A stretch of 64,000 nt of DNA from an uncultured bacterium (GCA_943787795.1 CALSNU010000003.1:288001-352000), one strand, 5' to 3'; positions 37,661 through 47,716 are shown, numbered from the stretch's first letter. Translations and numbers: made by a program. Notes: generated from the sequence alone by a model not told the origin.

Positions 37661-38703
37661 GCGAGACGAGCATGTCAAAAGACGCACCCAAGTCAGGCGA
37701 CGGCGAAGCGGCCGGCGACGGGCGGATCAACCGCCTCCGCTTCCGCAAGAAGGACATGCCCGGCGGGCTCTGGCTGAAGTGCGAGAGCTGCAGCGGCACG
37801 ATCTTCCGCAAGGAGGTCGAAGAGAAGGCCTACACCTGCCCGGCGTGTGGCTTCCACTTCACGATGCCCGGCGCCGATCGTGTGCGGCACACGCTGGATG
37901 AGGGCACCTGGGAGGAGCTGTTCCCCGAGATCGAGGCCATGGACCGCCTCGGCTTCGTGGACTCCGGACCCTACGGGGACAAGATCGAGCGCACGGTCAA
38001 GCGCACCGGCCAGAACGAGGCGCTCATCGCGGGTCGTGGCGAGGTCCTTGGTCGGCCGGTGGTCCTCGGGGTCCTCGACTTCAAGTTCCTTGGCGGGTCG
38101 ATGGGCGAGGTCGTGGGTGAGAAGATCGCCCTGTGCTGTGACGTCGCGAGGAAGGAGGGCAAGCCCCTGCTGCTCTTCACCGCTTCGGGGGGCGCGCGAA
38201 TGCACGAGGGCATGCTGTCTTTGATGCAGATGGCGAAGACCTGCTCGGCGCTCTCCAAGCTGAACGAGGACGGCGGCTTCTCCATCTGTGTGCTCACTCA
38301 CCCGACCACCGGTGGCGTCACCGCCTCGTTCGCGATGGTCTGTGACATCACCCTCGCCGAGCCGGGGGCGCTGATCGGCTTCGCCGGCCCTCGGGTCATC
38401 GCAAGCACCATCAAGCAGGAGCTCCCCGAGGGCTTCCAGCGATCCGAGTTCCTGCTGGAGAAGGGGCAGGTCGACGTGATCGTGCCCAGGGACGAGATGC
38501 GGAACATGCTCGCGCGGTTGATCGACTTCGGCGCCTGCCGGCCGGGCGCCGCCCCGGCGAGCAGGACACGGGCAGGGGCGCCGGTCGAGCCGGCCTCCGC
38601 GCCGCAGGCGCACTCCGAGAGCCCCTCCGGGAGCAGCCCGGGCGACGTGGCGAAGAGCGAGGCCCCCGAGACGTCCGACACGCCCGAGACCCACGGCGGC
38701 TAG
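37657..38703 (+). CDS. accD: Acetyl-CoA carboxylase carboxyltransferase beta subunit
   Basis: WLKCESC...CPAC Zn finger, FLGGSMG, SGGARMHEG, PTTGGVTASFA, GFAGPRVI. Confidence 0.97.
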   Translation: MSETSMSKDAPKSGDGEAAGDGRINRLRFRKKDMPGGLWLKCESCSGTIFRKEVEEKAYTCPACGFHFTMPGADRVRHTLDEGTWEELFPEIEAMDRLGFVDSGPYGDKIERTVKRTGQNEALIAGRGEVLGRPVVLGVLDFKFLGGSMGEVVGEKIALCCDVARKEGKPLLLFTASGGARMHEGMLSLMQMAKTCSALSKLNEDGGFSICVLTHPTTGGVTASFAMVCDITLAEPGALIGFAGPRVIASTIKQELPEGFQRSEFLLEKGQVDVIVPRDEMRNMLARLIDFGACRPGAAPASRTRAGAPVEPASAPQAHSESPSGSSPGDVAKSEAPETSDTPETHGG

Positions 38704-38938
38704 CCTGCGAACCCCGGCGCGAGCTGGCCTTGGCCCGCCGACGCGGGATCGTCGAGGGGCCGCCCTCCCGGGTCCGCCGCTTGGAGCGCCGCAGGCAGGC
38801 TCGCCTTGGGCGGCAGGGGTCTCCGCTCGGGTCTTCCGCGGCAGCCCCTGAGGCTGATCCCGAAGCGGATCCACAGGAGACGAGTCCGCTGGAGGCCAGA
38901 TGAGAGGCCAGATGGGAAGTCGGCGGCCGAGATTCGGC

Positions 38939-40198
38939 TCAGGCCGGCGCTTCAGGCCTCCGCAGGTGCATCACCCACGAGTCGAAGTGGTCCTGCATGG
39001 GGGAGCCGAACGAGGCGTCCACGAACGTCGCGACTCGATTGGCCATCAGCAGCGGGCGCGTGAGCACTCCGGCCAGGCGAGTCTCGTTGACGTGCATGGC
39101 CTCCGGGATCGGGCGGGTGAGCTGGTAGGCGCCGCTGCGCATGTGGACCAGCCCGCGCGCCTCAAGCGCGCGGCGGATCTCCTCTCGCGGCCGGGCGTTG
39201 AGCTCTCGGACGGGCAGCAGGGGCTTGCGGCGTCTCCGCCGCTCGAAGCCCCGCGAGTGCGGGTTGATGTCTCCGATGACGAGGTCGGCGCTGGGGGCCA
39301 GGGTCGCGACCAGGCCGTCCAGCCAACGGTCAACGTCGGGCGAGAAGCTCACCACCCCTGAGCTGATCACCAGGTCATAGGGCTCCTCTCCCTCGCGGGG
39401 GAAGGGCGGGGCCTCTCCGAATCCGGGGCGCCCCTCGAAGCTCTCGATGCCGAGGCGGGCGGCGTTCTCGCCCGTGATACGGACCATCTCCGGGCTCGGA
39501 TCGAAGGACGAGAGGTGCGCCCCCGGGGACGAGAGGGCGGCCTCGAGTCCGGTCCAGCCGGCCCCGCATCCGAAGTCCAGGATGCGGATTCGCTCATCGG
39601 CGCTCTCTCGCACGAGGCGCGGGGCCACGAAGCGTCCGACGTGGCGCCGCATCCATCGAAAGTGCGGATAGCCGGCGCTCCCCGGCGTGCCGTCCCAGCC
39701 GGTGGCGTTGAGGTCGAACTTGGTGACGGTCTCGTCGGCCGACATCACGTGCGTCCGCCTTCGGCCGACGAGGACCGAGAGCTCCAGGGCCGAGTCCACC
39801 TGGGAGCGATCCCGGCTCCCGAGGGTGCGGACTGTGGCGGCTCCGCCGCTCACGGTCGCGAGCTGGTTTACGTGGAGGAGCGGCCAGAGCGCGTTCCGCC
39901 AGGTCGCCAGTCGGCTCTCATCCGACGGCCCCATGAGGACGAGGTACAGGGCATCGCCGTTGCCGAGCTCCGCGTCCAGCGTCCGCAGCCGCTTGCCGAT
40001 CAGGAGCTCCCCTGGCCCAACGACGTGGAGGCGCGGGCCTTGAGAGTTGGGGGTGCCGAGGGGCAGGACCGCGCCGGCCGGCTGCCCGAGCGCCTCCAGC
40101 ACGGGGGCCAGCTCACCGACGGTGGGGAGCGGTCCCGGGGCAGGGTGAGGGCCCATGGAGGGGGGCCCCGTGGGGGGGGATTCGATGGAGTCGACCAT
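38939..40198 (-). CDS. Class I SAM-dependent methyltransferase with unknown N-terminal domain
   Basis: ILDFGCGAG motif I, FDPSPEM, YDLVIS; TATCCT 11 nt upstream of the ATG. Confidence 0.8.
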   Translation of the reverse strand: MVDSIESPPTGPPSMGPHPAPGPLPTVGELAPVLEALGQPAGAVLPLGTPNSQGPRLHVVGPGELLIGKRLRTLDAELGNGDALYLVLMGPSDESRLATWRNALWPLLHVNQLATVSGGAATVRTLGSRDRSQVDSALELSVLVGRRRTHVMSADETVTKFDLNATGWDGTPGSAGYPHFRWMRRHVGRFVAPRLVRESADERIRILDFGCGAGWTGLEAALSSPGAHLSSFDPSPEMVRITGENAARLGIESFEGRPGFGEAPPFPREGEEPYDLVISSGVVSFSPDVDRWLDGLVATLAPSADLVIGDINPHSRGFERRRRRKPLLPVRELNARPREEIRRALEARGLVHMRSGAYQLTRPIPEAMHVNETRLAGVLTRPLLMANRVATFVDASFGSPMQDHFDSWVMHLRRPEAPA

Positions 40199-40267
40199 TC
40201 GGGGGAGCCAGGATAACCAGTGGAGGAATCGACCGCTGGTGGGCGCGGAGTCGAGGCTCGATCGTGT

Positions 40268-41770
40268 TCATCGCCGCCGGCTCGATCCGGGACGAGAGCC
40301 GCGGCCGCCCCTCCGGCTGCCGGCCCCAGGGGTCCCCCGGGATCGGCGGCCCCTTCGCCGTGCGCTGCCCCTGCGATTTCCTGACTTGTCCGTGCGCTCC
40401 TGCCCCCGGATGGCGAGAGACAGGCTGAAGGCCTCCTCCTCGCTCGCGCAGAAGACGGAGTGCATACAGGTCTGTCCGAGGCCGTGGTTGGGGAGCAGGA
40501 TCACGTCTCCTGCGGCGACCACGAACCCGTGGCCGGCGTCGGCAAGGAGCGAGGTGAATTCCGGCCCCTGGTCGATCAGGGGCCCGAGCAACCCTCCTCC
40601 AGGCGCCCCGAGCTCCGTCCGCGCGCGCTCTGGTTGATGGAGGAGATCCAGCCAGGACTCGAGGTGACCCTCGCCCGGCGCGATGTGCTCTCGTACCCAG
40701 GGGAACTCCCCTTCCTGGAGGAGCTCGGCGAACTCCAGCGCACGCCGCAGCAGGTCGTCGGTGGAGACGGCGATCCAGGCGGTCGCGCCCGTCAGCTGCG
40801 CATACAGGACCCCGCGCTGCCGTCCGTCGGAGGGCTCGTCGAAGGCGTCGTGGTGGAAGCGTGCGCCGCCGTTGGGTGCGTTCCAGTATGCGATAGCCTG
40901 GGTCAGGAGCGGCTTGCCCCGGATCCACTCGGTCACCAGGCCCGTGAGCTCCCGGTCAGCGTTGAGCGCGGCCACCTCGGGGATCAGGCGGTTCGCCAGC
41001 TCGCTCACGGCGCGGTGACGCGCCATGTCCCGGCTGGCGTCGGCTTCGACCTCATCACCGAAGGACAGGCGTAGTCGGAGGGAGCGGTCGTCCGCGTGGG
41101 TGGAGAGGCGCTGGGTCTTGGCCCAGAGGTCGTCGATGGCTTCGGGCCCGCGGGTCGGGCGCCCCTTCGGGGCCCGCCACGAGATCCTGGCGCCTTCGAT
41201 GTCGCGCTCATCCGCGACCGACGGCTGGCGCGGTCCCTGGACGCGATATTCCGGCGCGAGGTCGGAGGTCCGCCCCTTGAGGAAGTCGGCGAGCCCGCCG
41301 CGCTCTCGAAGGGCATCCGACCAGCGATCCGTGTCGACCTCGTCGAGCAGGTCGTCATCCAGCGCATCGTGCAGGATGATCGGGCGGGCTTGCTCCCAGC
41401 GCTCCGCGAGAGCCGGCAGGGGGTCGCGGGGGAAGAAGCCGTCCTCGTCGTGGAGCTCGGCCCAGTCACCGTGGAACGCGCCGCGCCGGACGAGGCGCGG
41501 TGCCGACACGCAGCGCTGGTTCACCTCCGCGATGAAGTCCGGGTCATCCTCGGTGTGCACAGAGACGACGGGGCGCGCGCCCGGGCAGCGATCCCGGTCC
41601 GGCGCATCGAGCAGGGCGCGGAGCTGACCGCGCGGATCGAGGGGGGGGAGCTGGACGACCTCCTCGGCCACTTCTTCTTCGCCCACCTTCTCTTCGCCCA
41701 CCTTTTCTTCGCCCACCTTTTCTTCGGGGGTCGAGCCCTGGGCATCCGGGTCCGAGTCGCCGGCGCTCAC
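40268..41770 (-). CDS. Hypothetical protein with a JmjC/cupin-like Fe(II) oxygenase domain
   Basis: FHHDAF...YAQLTGATAW...AGDVILLP...MHSV...FSLSL pattern (HxD...H). Confidence 0.6.
   Translation of the reverse strand: MSAGDSDPDAQGSTPEEKVGEEKVGEEKVGEEEVAEEVVQLPPLDPRGQLRALLDAPDRDRCPGARPVVSVHTEDDPDFIAEVNQRCVSAPRLVRRGAFHGDWAELHDEDGFFPRDPLPALAERWEQARPIILHDALDDDLLDEVDTDRWSDALRERGGLADFLKGRTSDLAPEYRVQGPRQPSVADERDIEGARISWRAPKGRPTRGPEAIDDLWAKTQRLSTHADDRSLRLRLSFGDEVEADASRDMARHRAVSELANRLIPEVAALNADRELTGLVTEWIRGKPLLTQAIAYWNAPNGGARFHHDAFDEPSDGRQRGVLYAQLTGATAWIAVSTDDLLRRALEFAELLQEGEFPWVREHIAPGEGHLESWLDLLHQPERARTELGAPGGGLLGPLIDQGPEFTSLLADAGHGFVVAAGDVILLPNHGLGQTCMHSVFCASEEEAFSLSLAIRGQERTDKSGNRRGSARRRGRRSRGTPGAGSRRGGRGSRPGSSRRR
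41676..41725 (-). repeat. In-frame 15-bp tandem repeat (EEKVG x3)
   Basis: TCTTCGCCCACCTTY x3 as read on the + strand. Confidence 0.85.
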
Positions 41771-42303
41771 GGCGCCTTCGGCGCGGCCGCGGACAGCGCG
41801 CGGATCCCGGCGGCCAGGTTCTCCCGCATCGCCTTCTCCATCACGAGCTGGGGCCTGAGGCTGGAGTCCATCTCTTCATAGGAGTTCATCGAGGCGGACG
41901 TGGTGATCGACTTGGCCCAGTAGGTGGACGAGCCGTCCCCGCTCTTCAGCCGCCAGCGGACGGTCACCTCGCAGGCCGTGTCGAACCCCACCTCGGGGGC
42001 GACAAACTCCTCGACGCTGACCTCGACGAGGTGCTGGCTTGGACCTGAGGTGGAGATCTCATCGAAGAGTCCGCAGCCGAGCAGCGCCTCGGTGACCGCC
42101 GCCTCGAGGCCCTCGTCGTCGACGATGCTGGGTCCGAACAGCCCCTGCTTCTCCGATCCCCTGGCCATGACCTGGGCGCTCCCACCGATGCTCTGTTCGA
42201 TGGTCACCTGCTCGGGGACCATGAGGGCGGGGGAGACGCTGTGGCACCCCGCGAAGGGGACAGCGAGGCACGCGAGAAGGGCAGCTTGGAGGACGTGCTT
42301 CAT
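41767..42303 (-). CDS. Hypothetical lipoprotein
   Basis: MKHVLQAALLACLAVPFAGC lipobox; stop overlaps the next GTG. Confidence 0.75.
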   Translation of the reverse strand: MKHVLQAALLACLAVPFAGCHSVSPALMVPEQVTIEQSIGGSAQVMARGSEKQGLFGPSIVDDEGLEAAVTEALLGCGLFDEISTSGPSQHLVEVSVEEFVAPEVGFDTACEVTVRWRLKSGDGSSTYWAKSITTSASMNSYEEMDSSLRPQLVMEKAMRENLAAGIRALSAAAPKAP

Positions 42304-42476
42304 CGACGGGTGGGCTGAGGGTGCCGGGGTAGAGGACGAGCGGAGACCGAGCGCGAGGGATGCCCGTGCCATGCCGGAGCATCGGCTGCTGGGGGCCCAA
42401 GCAGGACTCTAAACGGAGCGAACTGCCCTGCGACTGGCGCGGCTGGGGCCTTAGACTTGCCCGCGGACGGAACAGC

Positions 42477-44141
42477 ATGGCCAACGGGGTAGAGCAGCAA
42501 GGGCGGGGTTTGGCCTCATGGAGGGTCTCCGGGCTCCGGCAGGAGCTCGACGAGGGAGACGGGGAGGTCCTGGCGAGGGCCGCCAGGGCCCTTGGGATCG
42601 AGCCCGAGGCCGTGCGTGGACAGCGGTTCGCGCGGCGCTCGATCGACGCCCGTGGACGCGGGCGGGACCTGCACTTCGTCTGTCAGGTCGATCTGGTGGT
42701 TCCGGATCGGCCGAAGACCCCGCGGCTCCGACGCCTGATTCGCTCCGGGAAGGTGGCGGCGACCCCGAGCCCCGAGGGCCTCGCCGTCGAGGGTGAGCCG
42801 GGGTCGCGCCTCGTCGTCGTGGGGGCCGGGCCAGGCGGGCTCTTCGCGGCTCTGGCGGGGGCCCTCTCCGGCGCTGAAGTGACCCTTGTCGAGCGCGGGG
42901 AGGCCATCGAGCGACGCGGCCGCAAGGTGGTGGCCTTCCACCGAGGCGCGGCCCCGGATCCAGACAACAACCTGCTGTTTGGCGATGGCGGCGCGGGGAC
43001 GTACTCCGACGGCAAGCTCTACACGCGGGTGTCGGACCCGCTCGAGACGGCTGTGATCGATGAGCTCGTGCAGGCGGGGGCGCCGGCGGACATCGCCTTT
43101 GACGCTCGCGCGCACATCGGGACGGACGTGCTGCACCGGATGCTGCCCCGGCTCCGGCGCCGGCTCGAGGAGCTCGGGGTCCGCTTTTGCTACGGGGTCC
43201 GGGCCACCGGAGTGGAGGCGAGCGACGGCGCAGATGGGAGGTCCGTGCGCGCGCTGCTCACCACCGACGGCGCGATCGAGCTGGACGCCCTGGTGCTCTG
43301 CATCGGGCACAGCGCGCGCGACACCTGGGCCTGGCTCGCCGAGGCCGGCGTCGCGATGGAGGCGAAGCCCTTCCAGGTCGGGGTCCGCATCGAGCACCCC
43401 CAGGAGCTCATCACCCGTGGACGCTACGGCCCCGATCCCCGGGGCGAGGTCCTCGGCCCGGCCTCGTACAACCTCCAGAGCCGTGCCGAGGTGCCGGCCC
43501 ATTCTTTCTGCATGTGCCCGGGTGGGCGGATCGTGGCCAGCGTCAGCGAGCCGGGCGGGCTCTGCACCAACGGCATGAGCAACTCGCGGCACTCCTCCCG
43601 GTGGGCGAACGCGGCGCTGGTGACGACCCTCGAGCCGGCGGCCGTGGAGGCCTTGGGGCATCGCGGACCGCTCGCCGGCGTCGAGCTCCAGCGTGAGCTT
43701 GAGCGCCGCTTCTTCGACGCGGGTGGGGGAACCTACGCCGCGCCAGCGCAGCGGGCCTCCGACTTCCTGGATAGGCGCCGATCCTCGGGGGAGCTGCGGA
43801 CCAGCTATGGCTTCGGCGCGACCGCTGCGCGCCTGGATTCGCTGCTGCCCGGGCTGGTGCGAGAGGCCATCGCTGGGGCGCTCGACCGGTTCGAGCGGGC
43901 CATCCCTGGTTTCGCGGGGGATCAGGGCCTGCTCGTGGGGATCGAGACCCGCAGCTCCGGGCCGGTGCGGCTCCCGCGGGATCGGACCGCCTTCAGGGCG
44001 CAGGGCTTCTCCAACCTCTTTCCGGCAGGCGAGGGCGCCGGTTACGCGGGCGGGATCATGAGCGCCGCCATCGACGGGGCCCGCGCGGCTCGGGCTGCGG
44101 TGGCCGGCGGTCACCGTTCCGGGACGAGCTCGGCCCGCTGA
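42477..44141 (+). CDS. FAD-dependent oxidoreductase (uncharacterised COG2509-like family)
   Basis: VVGAGPGG, FGDGGAGTYSDGKL, HIGTD, GVRIEHPQ, FCMCPGG, GEGAGYAGGI. Confidence 0.88.
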   Translation: MANGVEQQGRGLASWRVSGLRQELDEGDGEVLARAARALGIEPEAVRGQRFARRSIDARGRGRDLHFVCQVDLVVPDRPKTPRLRRLIRSGKVAATPSPEGLAVEGEPGSRLVVVGAGPGGLFAALAGALSGAEVTLVERGEAIERRGRKVVAFHRGAAPDPDNNLLFGDGGAGTYSDGKLYTRVSDPLETAVIDELVQAGAPADIAFDARAHIGTDVLHRMLPRLRRRLEELGVRFCYGVRATGVEASDGADGRSVRALLTTDGAIELDALVLCIGHSARDTWAWLAEAGVAMEAKPFQVGVRIEHPQELITRGRYGPDPRGEVLGPASYNLQSRAEVPAHSFCMCPGGRIVASVSEPGGLCTNGMSNSRHSSRWANAALVTTLEPAAVEALGHRGPLAGVELQRELERRFFDAGGGTYAAPAQRASDFLDRRRSSGELRTSYGFGATAARLDSLLPGLVREAIAGALDRFERAIPGFAGDQGLLVGIETRSSGPVRLPRDRTAFRAQGFSNLFPAGEGAGYAGGIMSAAIDGARAARAAVAGGHRSGTSSAR

Positions 44142-44190
44142 TGGCACCGAGCGGCGCCGCTCCCTGCCCTCAGTTGGTACAACCTCGTCC

Positions 44191-45036
44191 ATGTCCCAGC
44201 ACCCGGAACACGGCAACTCGGAGTCGACGGAGTTCACTGGCCGCAAGGTCACGACCAACCTGTTGACCCAGATGAAGGAGGCCGGCACGCCGATCGCGGC
44301 CCTGACGGCCTACGACTACACCATGGCCCAGCTCCTGGATCAGGCGGGCGTCGACCTCATCCTCGTCGGGGACTCGGTGTCGACCGTCATGCAGGGCCTG
44401 GAGACGACGGTGACGGTGACCATGGAGCACATGGTCTACCACGCGTCCCTGGTCCGCCGCGGGGTCGAGCGGGCGCTCGTCGTGGCCGACCTCCCGTTCA
44501 TGTCCTACCAGGTCAACTCGGATGAGGCTCTGCGGAACGCCGGCCGGATGGTGAAGGAGGCGGGGGCCGAGGCGGTCAAGCTGGAGGGCGGCCGGGTCGT
44601 CGCAGAGACGGTCCGCCGCATCGTGGACGTGGGCATCCCGGTGATGGGGCACCTGGGGCTGACGCCCCAGTCGATTCACAAGTTCGGGACGTACCAGGTG
44701 CGGGCGACGGACGACAAGGAGGCCGACGAGCTGCGCCGAGACGCCAAGCTGCTCGAGCAGGCGGGCGTCTTCTCGATCGTCCTCGAGAAGGTTCCCGCGG
44801 CCCTCGCCCAGGAGGTCACCGAGAGTGTGAGCGTGCCGGTGATCGGTATCGGTGCAGGCGGCGGCTGCGACGGCCAGATCCTCGTGAGCCATGACATGCT
44901 CGGGATCTGCACGCGCTTCAACCCGCGCTTCGTGAGACGCTACGGCAACTTCGCAGACGAGATGCGGAGCGCCTTCGAGCGCTTCTCGGCGGACGTTCGC
45001 GGGCGCGACTTTCCGAGCGAAGATGAGTCCTACTAG
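44191..45036 (+). CDS. panB: 3-methyl-2-oxobutanoate hydroxymethyltransferase
   Basis: LTAYD, LVGDS, DLPF, VKLEGG, GHLGLTPQ, IGIGAG. Confidence 0.97.
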   Translation: MSQHPEHGNSESTEFTGRKVTTNLLTQMKEAGTPIAALTAYDYTMAQLLDQAGVDLILVGDSVSTVMQGLETTVTVTMEHMVYHASLVRRGVERALVVADLPFMSYQVNSDEALRNAGRMVKEAGAEAVKLEGGRVVAETVRRIVDVGIPVMGHLGLTPQSIHKFGTYQVRATDDKEADELRRDAKLLEQAGVFSIVLEKVPAALAQEVTESVSVPVIGIGAGGGCDGQILVSHDMLGICTRFNPRFVRRYGNFADEMRSAFERFSADVRGRDFPSEDESY

Positions 45037-45125
45037 GTAGCCCCCGGGTCGTGGCGGTGGATCAAGGTGGGACCGCTCGGGCGCGCGGCGCCGCAGTGTG
45101 CGGGTGACTCTTCAGATCCGCGGGT

Positions 45126-45716
45126 GTGCACGACGAAGGCTCCCTCGTGGGCACGATCAGCACGACCGAAAAGAACCTTGGCATCGGTGAGATGTTCCGG
45201 CGTATCGGCGGGGACCTCTCGATGCTCTGCGATCGCGAGATCGAGATCAGCGAGATCACCTTCGAGGAGCGGAGCGACCGCCCCTCGTCCCACGAGGGGG
45301 TAAACATCTCGTTCCGGTTCGCCCTCGTGATGGGCGGCGGCGTCGAGCACGGCGCGCTGATGATCCCCCTCGCAGAGTCCATCTCACTGGGTGGCAACCT
45401 CATGATGGCGGGGCCGGCGCAAATCGCTGAGCTCCAGGAGCGGGGCGAGGTCGATGGGCCCCTGCGCGAGGCGATCCTCGAGGTCGGGGCGTTCGTGGCC
45501 GGCGCGATCCAGTCCGCGGCAGAAGCCCTGGGCCTGCCGGAGGCCCGGGTGGAGTTCGAGGGCTGCCAGGGGGTCCCGCCCGCGGTCCCGCCGCGGCTGG
45601 ATTACAAGGAGGGAGCGCGGCTGCTTGTGGGCCGCGCATCACTCCGCATGGGGGACGCGGCCCCCGTTCAGGCGGTGCTGGTGCTGCCGAGGCTCGCGAT
45701 GAACGTCGGCGCCTGA
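45126..45716 (+). CDS. Hypothetical protein, CheC/CheX/FliY-like fold
   Basis: LSMLCDREIEIS and REAILEVGAFVAGA resemble CheC-family segments; start uncertain. Confidence 0.5.
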   Translation: MHDEGSLVGTISTTEKNLGIGEMFRRIGGDLSMLCDREIEISEITFEERSDRPSSHEGVNISFRFALVMGGGVEHGALMIPLAESISLGGNLMMAGPAQIAELQERGEVDGPLREAILEVGAFVAGAIQSAAEALGLPEARVEFEGCQGVPPAVPPRLDYKEGARLLVGRASLRMGDAAPVQAVLVLPRLAMNVGA

Positions 45717-45720
45717 TCGC

Positions 45721-46923
45721 TCAGCTGTCGCCGAGGGCCTTCTTGAAGATGTCCCCGAGGTTCGTCCCGAGGTTACCGCGGGAGCTGTTGAGCGCCTGCT
45801 GGATGGTCGAGGTGTCCACCGAGTCCTCCGACCCGATCTGAGCGCCGCGCGGGTCAAGTCGCGAGAGGCTGATGCGCTGGGCCCCCGGGTCGATGGAAGT
45901 GACGCGGACCGTCACCTCCTCCCCGATGGTGAGGACCTTCTGGAGGTTGACCACTCGTTCGGTGGAGATCTGCGAGATGTGCAGCAGCCCCTCGACGCCT
46001 GGGAGCACCTCGACGAAGGCGCCGAAGTCCATCAGGCGGGTGACCTTGCCGGTGACTTGCCCGTCAATGTTGAGCTTGTGGGGGACCTCGTCCCAGGGAT
46101 CCGGCTCGAGCTGCTTCATGCCGAGGGAGATCTTCTTACCGCCCTCCTTGAGCTCGAGGACCATCACGTCGACCTGCTGGCCCACCTTCAGGACCTCGTC
46201 GATCTTCTCGACTCGCTGACGCGAGATCTGGCTGACGTGGACCATGCCTTCGATGCCGCCGATGTCGACGAAGGCGCCGAACGGTTCGATCCGCATGACC
46301 TTGCCCGACATCTTCGCGCCCGGCTCGAGGCCGCCGACCTTCTCGGCGATCGCCTCCATGCGCTCGCTCTCCTCGACGCGCCTGCGAGAGAGCAGGACGC
46401 GGTTTCGGGAGCGATCGATCTCCATCACCTCGCAAACCAGGGTCTGCCCGAGCATCTCGGAGCCCTCGACGTCCCTGCGAACGGAGACCTGGCTCATGGG
46501 CATGAAGCCCTCGTGGGCGCCGATCTTCAGGGTCAAGCCACCCTGGTTCTGCCCGGTCACGCGGGCCTTGGTCCGGGATCCAACCTCGAGCTGCTCCCAG
46601 GCCGCGAGCTCCTTGGCGGCACGCATGGAGAGGAGCCATAGGTCGTCCTCCCGTCCGCGGAGCATGAAGCGAAAGCGCTCGCCGACCTCGGGCTTCGCGT
46701 CGAATTCGGCCAGGGGGCAGACGCCCTGCATGCGCGGGCCGAGGTCCACGATGACATCGTCACCGCTGACTCCCGCGACGGTACCGGGCATGAGGTCGTC
46801 CTTGCCGCGGCCAGCCTTGGAGCCTGAGTCCATGCCGTCCTCGTCGGGAGAGCTTCCGAGGGCCTGGAGGTCGACGCCGTCGAGAGCGGCCTGGATTTCC
46901 TTGTCGAGCGAGTCTTGGGACAT
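45721..46923 (-). CDS. Ribosomal protein S1-like protein (about 4 S1 domains)
   Basis: FGAFVDIGGIEGMVHVSQIS and FGAFVEVLPGVEGLLHISQIS repeats; 400 aa. Confidence 0.88.
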   Translation of the reverse strand: MSQDSLDKEIQAALDGVDLQALGSSPDEDGMDSGSKAGRGKDDLMPGTVAGVSGDDVIVDLGPRMQGVCPLAEFDAKPEVGERFRFMLRGREDDLWLLSMRAAKELAAWEQLEVGSRTKARVTGQNQGGLTLKIGAHEGFMPMSQVSVRRDVEGSEMLGQTLVCEVMEIDRSRNRVLLSRRRVEESERMEAIAEKVGGLEPGAKMSGKVMRIEPFGAFVDIGGIEGMVHVSQISRQRVEKIDEVLKVGQQVDVMVLELKEGGKKISLGMKQLEPDPWDEVPHKLNIDGQVTGKVTRLMDFGAFVEVLPGVEGLLHISQISTERVVNLQKVLTIGEEVTVRVTSIDPGAQRISLSRLDPRGAQIGSEDSVDTSTIQQALNSSRGNLGTNLGDIFKKALGDS

Positions 46924-46951
46924 TTCTGGATTCTCTTTCTTTCGGGTCGGC

Positions 46952-47716
46952 TCAGTGGCCGCTGCGGTGAACGTCGCGGGTGCTGGCCTGTTCCGTGGGC
47001 CAGAGGACGATCTCACCGATGTTGACGTGGGGCGGGCGGGTGACGGCGTAGCAGATCGCGTCGGCGACGTCCTCGGGCGTGAGGGGCGTCATCCCATCGT
47101 AGACGCGATCTGCGGCCTCCTGGTCGCCTAGGCGGACGAGGCTGAACTCGGTCTCGACGAGGCCGGGGTCGACCGTGGTGAAGCGGACGCCAGAGCCGAA
47201 CTCGTCCAGCCGCAGCGCCTCGTAGATGGCGCGGACCGCGTGCTTGGAGGCGTTGTAGACGTTGCCGCCCGGGTAGACCTGGCGACCGGCCACGCTACCG
47301 AGCACGACGAGGTCTCCGCGACCGGCGGCGCGCAGGGCGGGGAGGGCCGCGCGGGCGGTGTGAAGAACCCCCTTGACGTTGGTGTCGATCATGTCGGCCC
47401 AGTCGTCCGTGTCGCCCTCATGGAGCGGCGCGACGCCCCGCCCAAGTCCGGCGTTGGCGACGACGAGATCGAAGGCCTGGTCAGCGAAGACCTCGGCCAC
47501 CGCCGCCGCGTCACGGACGTCGGCTGCGGCGCAGGTGGTCCCCGGGCCAAGCTCCTCGGCCAGCTCACGCAGCCGGTCCTCCCGGCGCGCGACCAGGTGG
47601 ACGCTGGCGCCGGCGGCCGAGAGGGCCCGGGCGGTGGCCCGTCCGATCCCGGACGAGGCGCCGGTGACCACCGCGCGCCGGCCGGCGAGCGGGGACTGTG
47701 CCTGCTGATCGTTCAT
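46952..47716 (-). CDS. SDR family oxidoreductase (YdfG-like)
   Basis: TGASSGIG, ANAG, YNASK, PGLVETEFS, RPPHVNI. Confidence 0.92.
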   Translation of the reverse strand: MNDQQAQSPLAGRRAVVTGASSGIGRATARALSAAGASVHLVARREDRLRELAEELGPGTTCAAADVRDAAAVAEVFADQAFDLVVANAGLGRGVAPLHEGDTDDWADMIDTNVKGVLHTARAALPALRAAGRGDLVVLGSVAGRQVYPGGNVYNASKHAVRAIYEALRLDEFGSGVRFTTVDPGLVETEFSLVRLGDQEAADRVYDGMTPLTPEDVADAICYAVTRPPHVNIGEIVLWPTEQASTRDVHRSGH

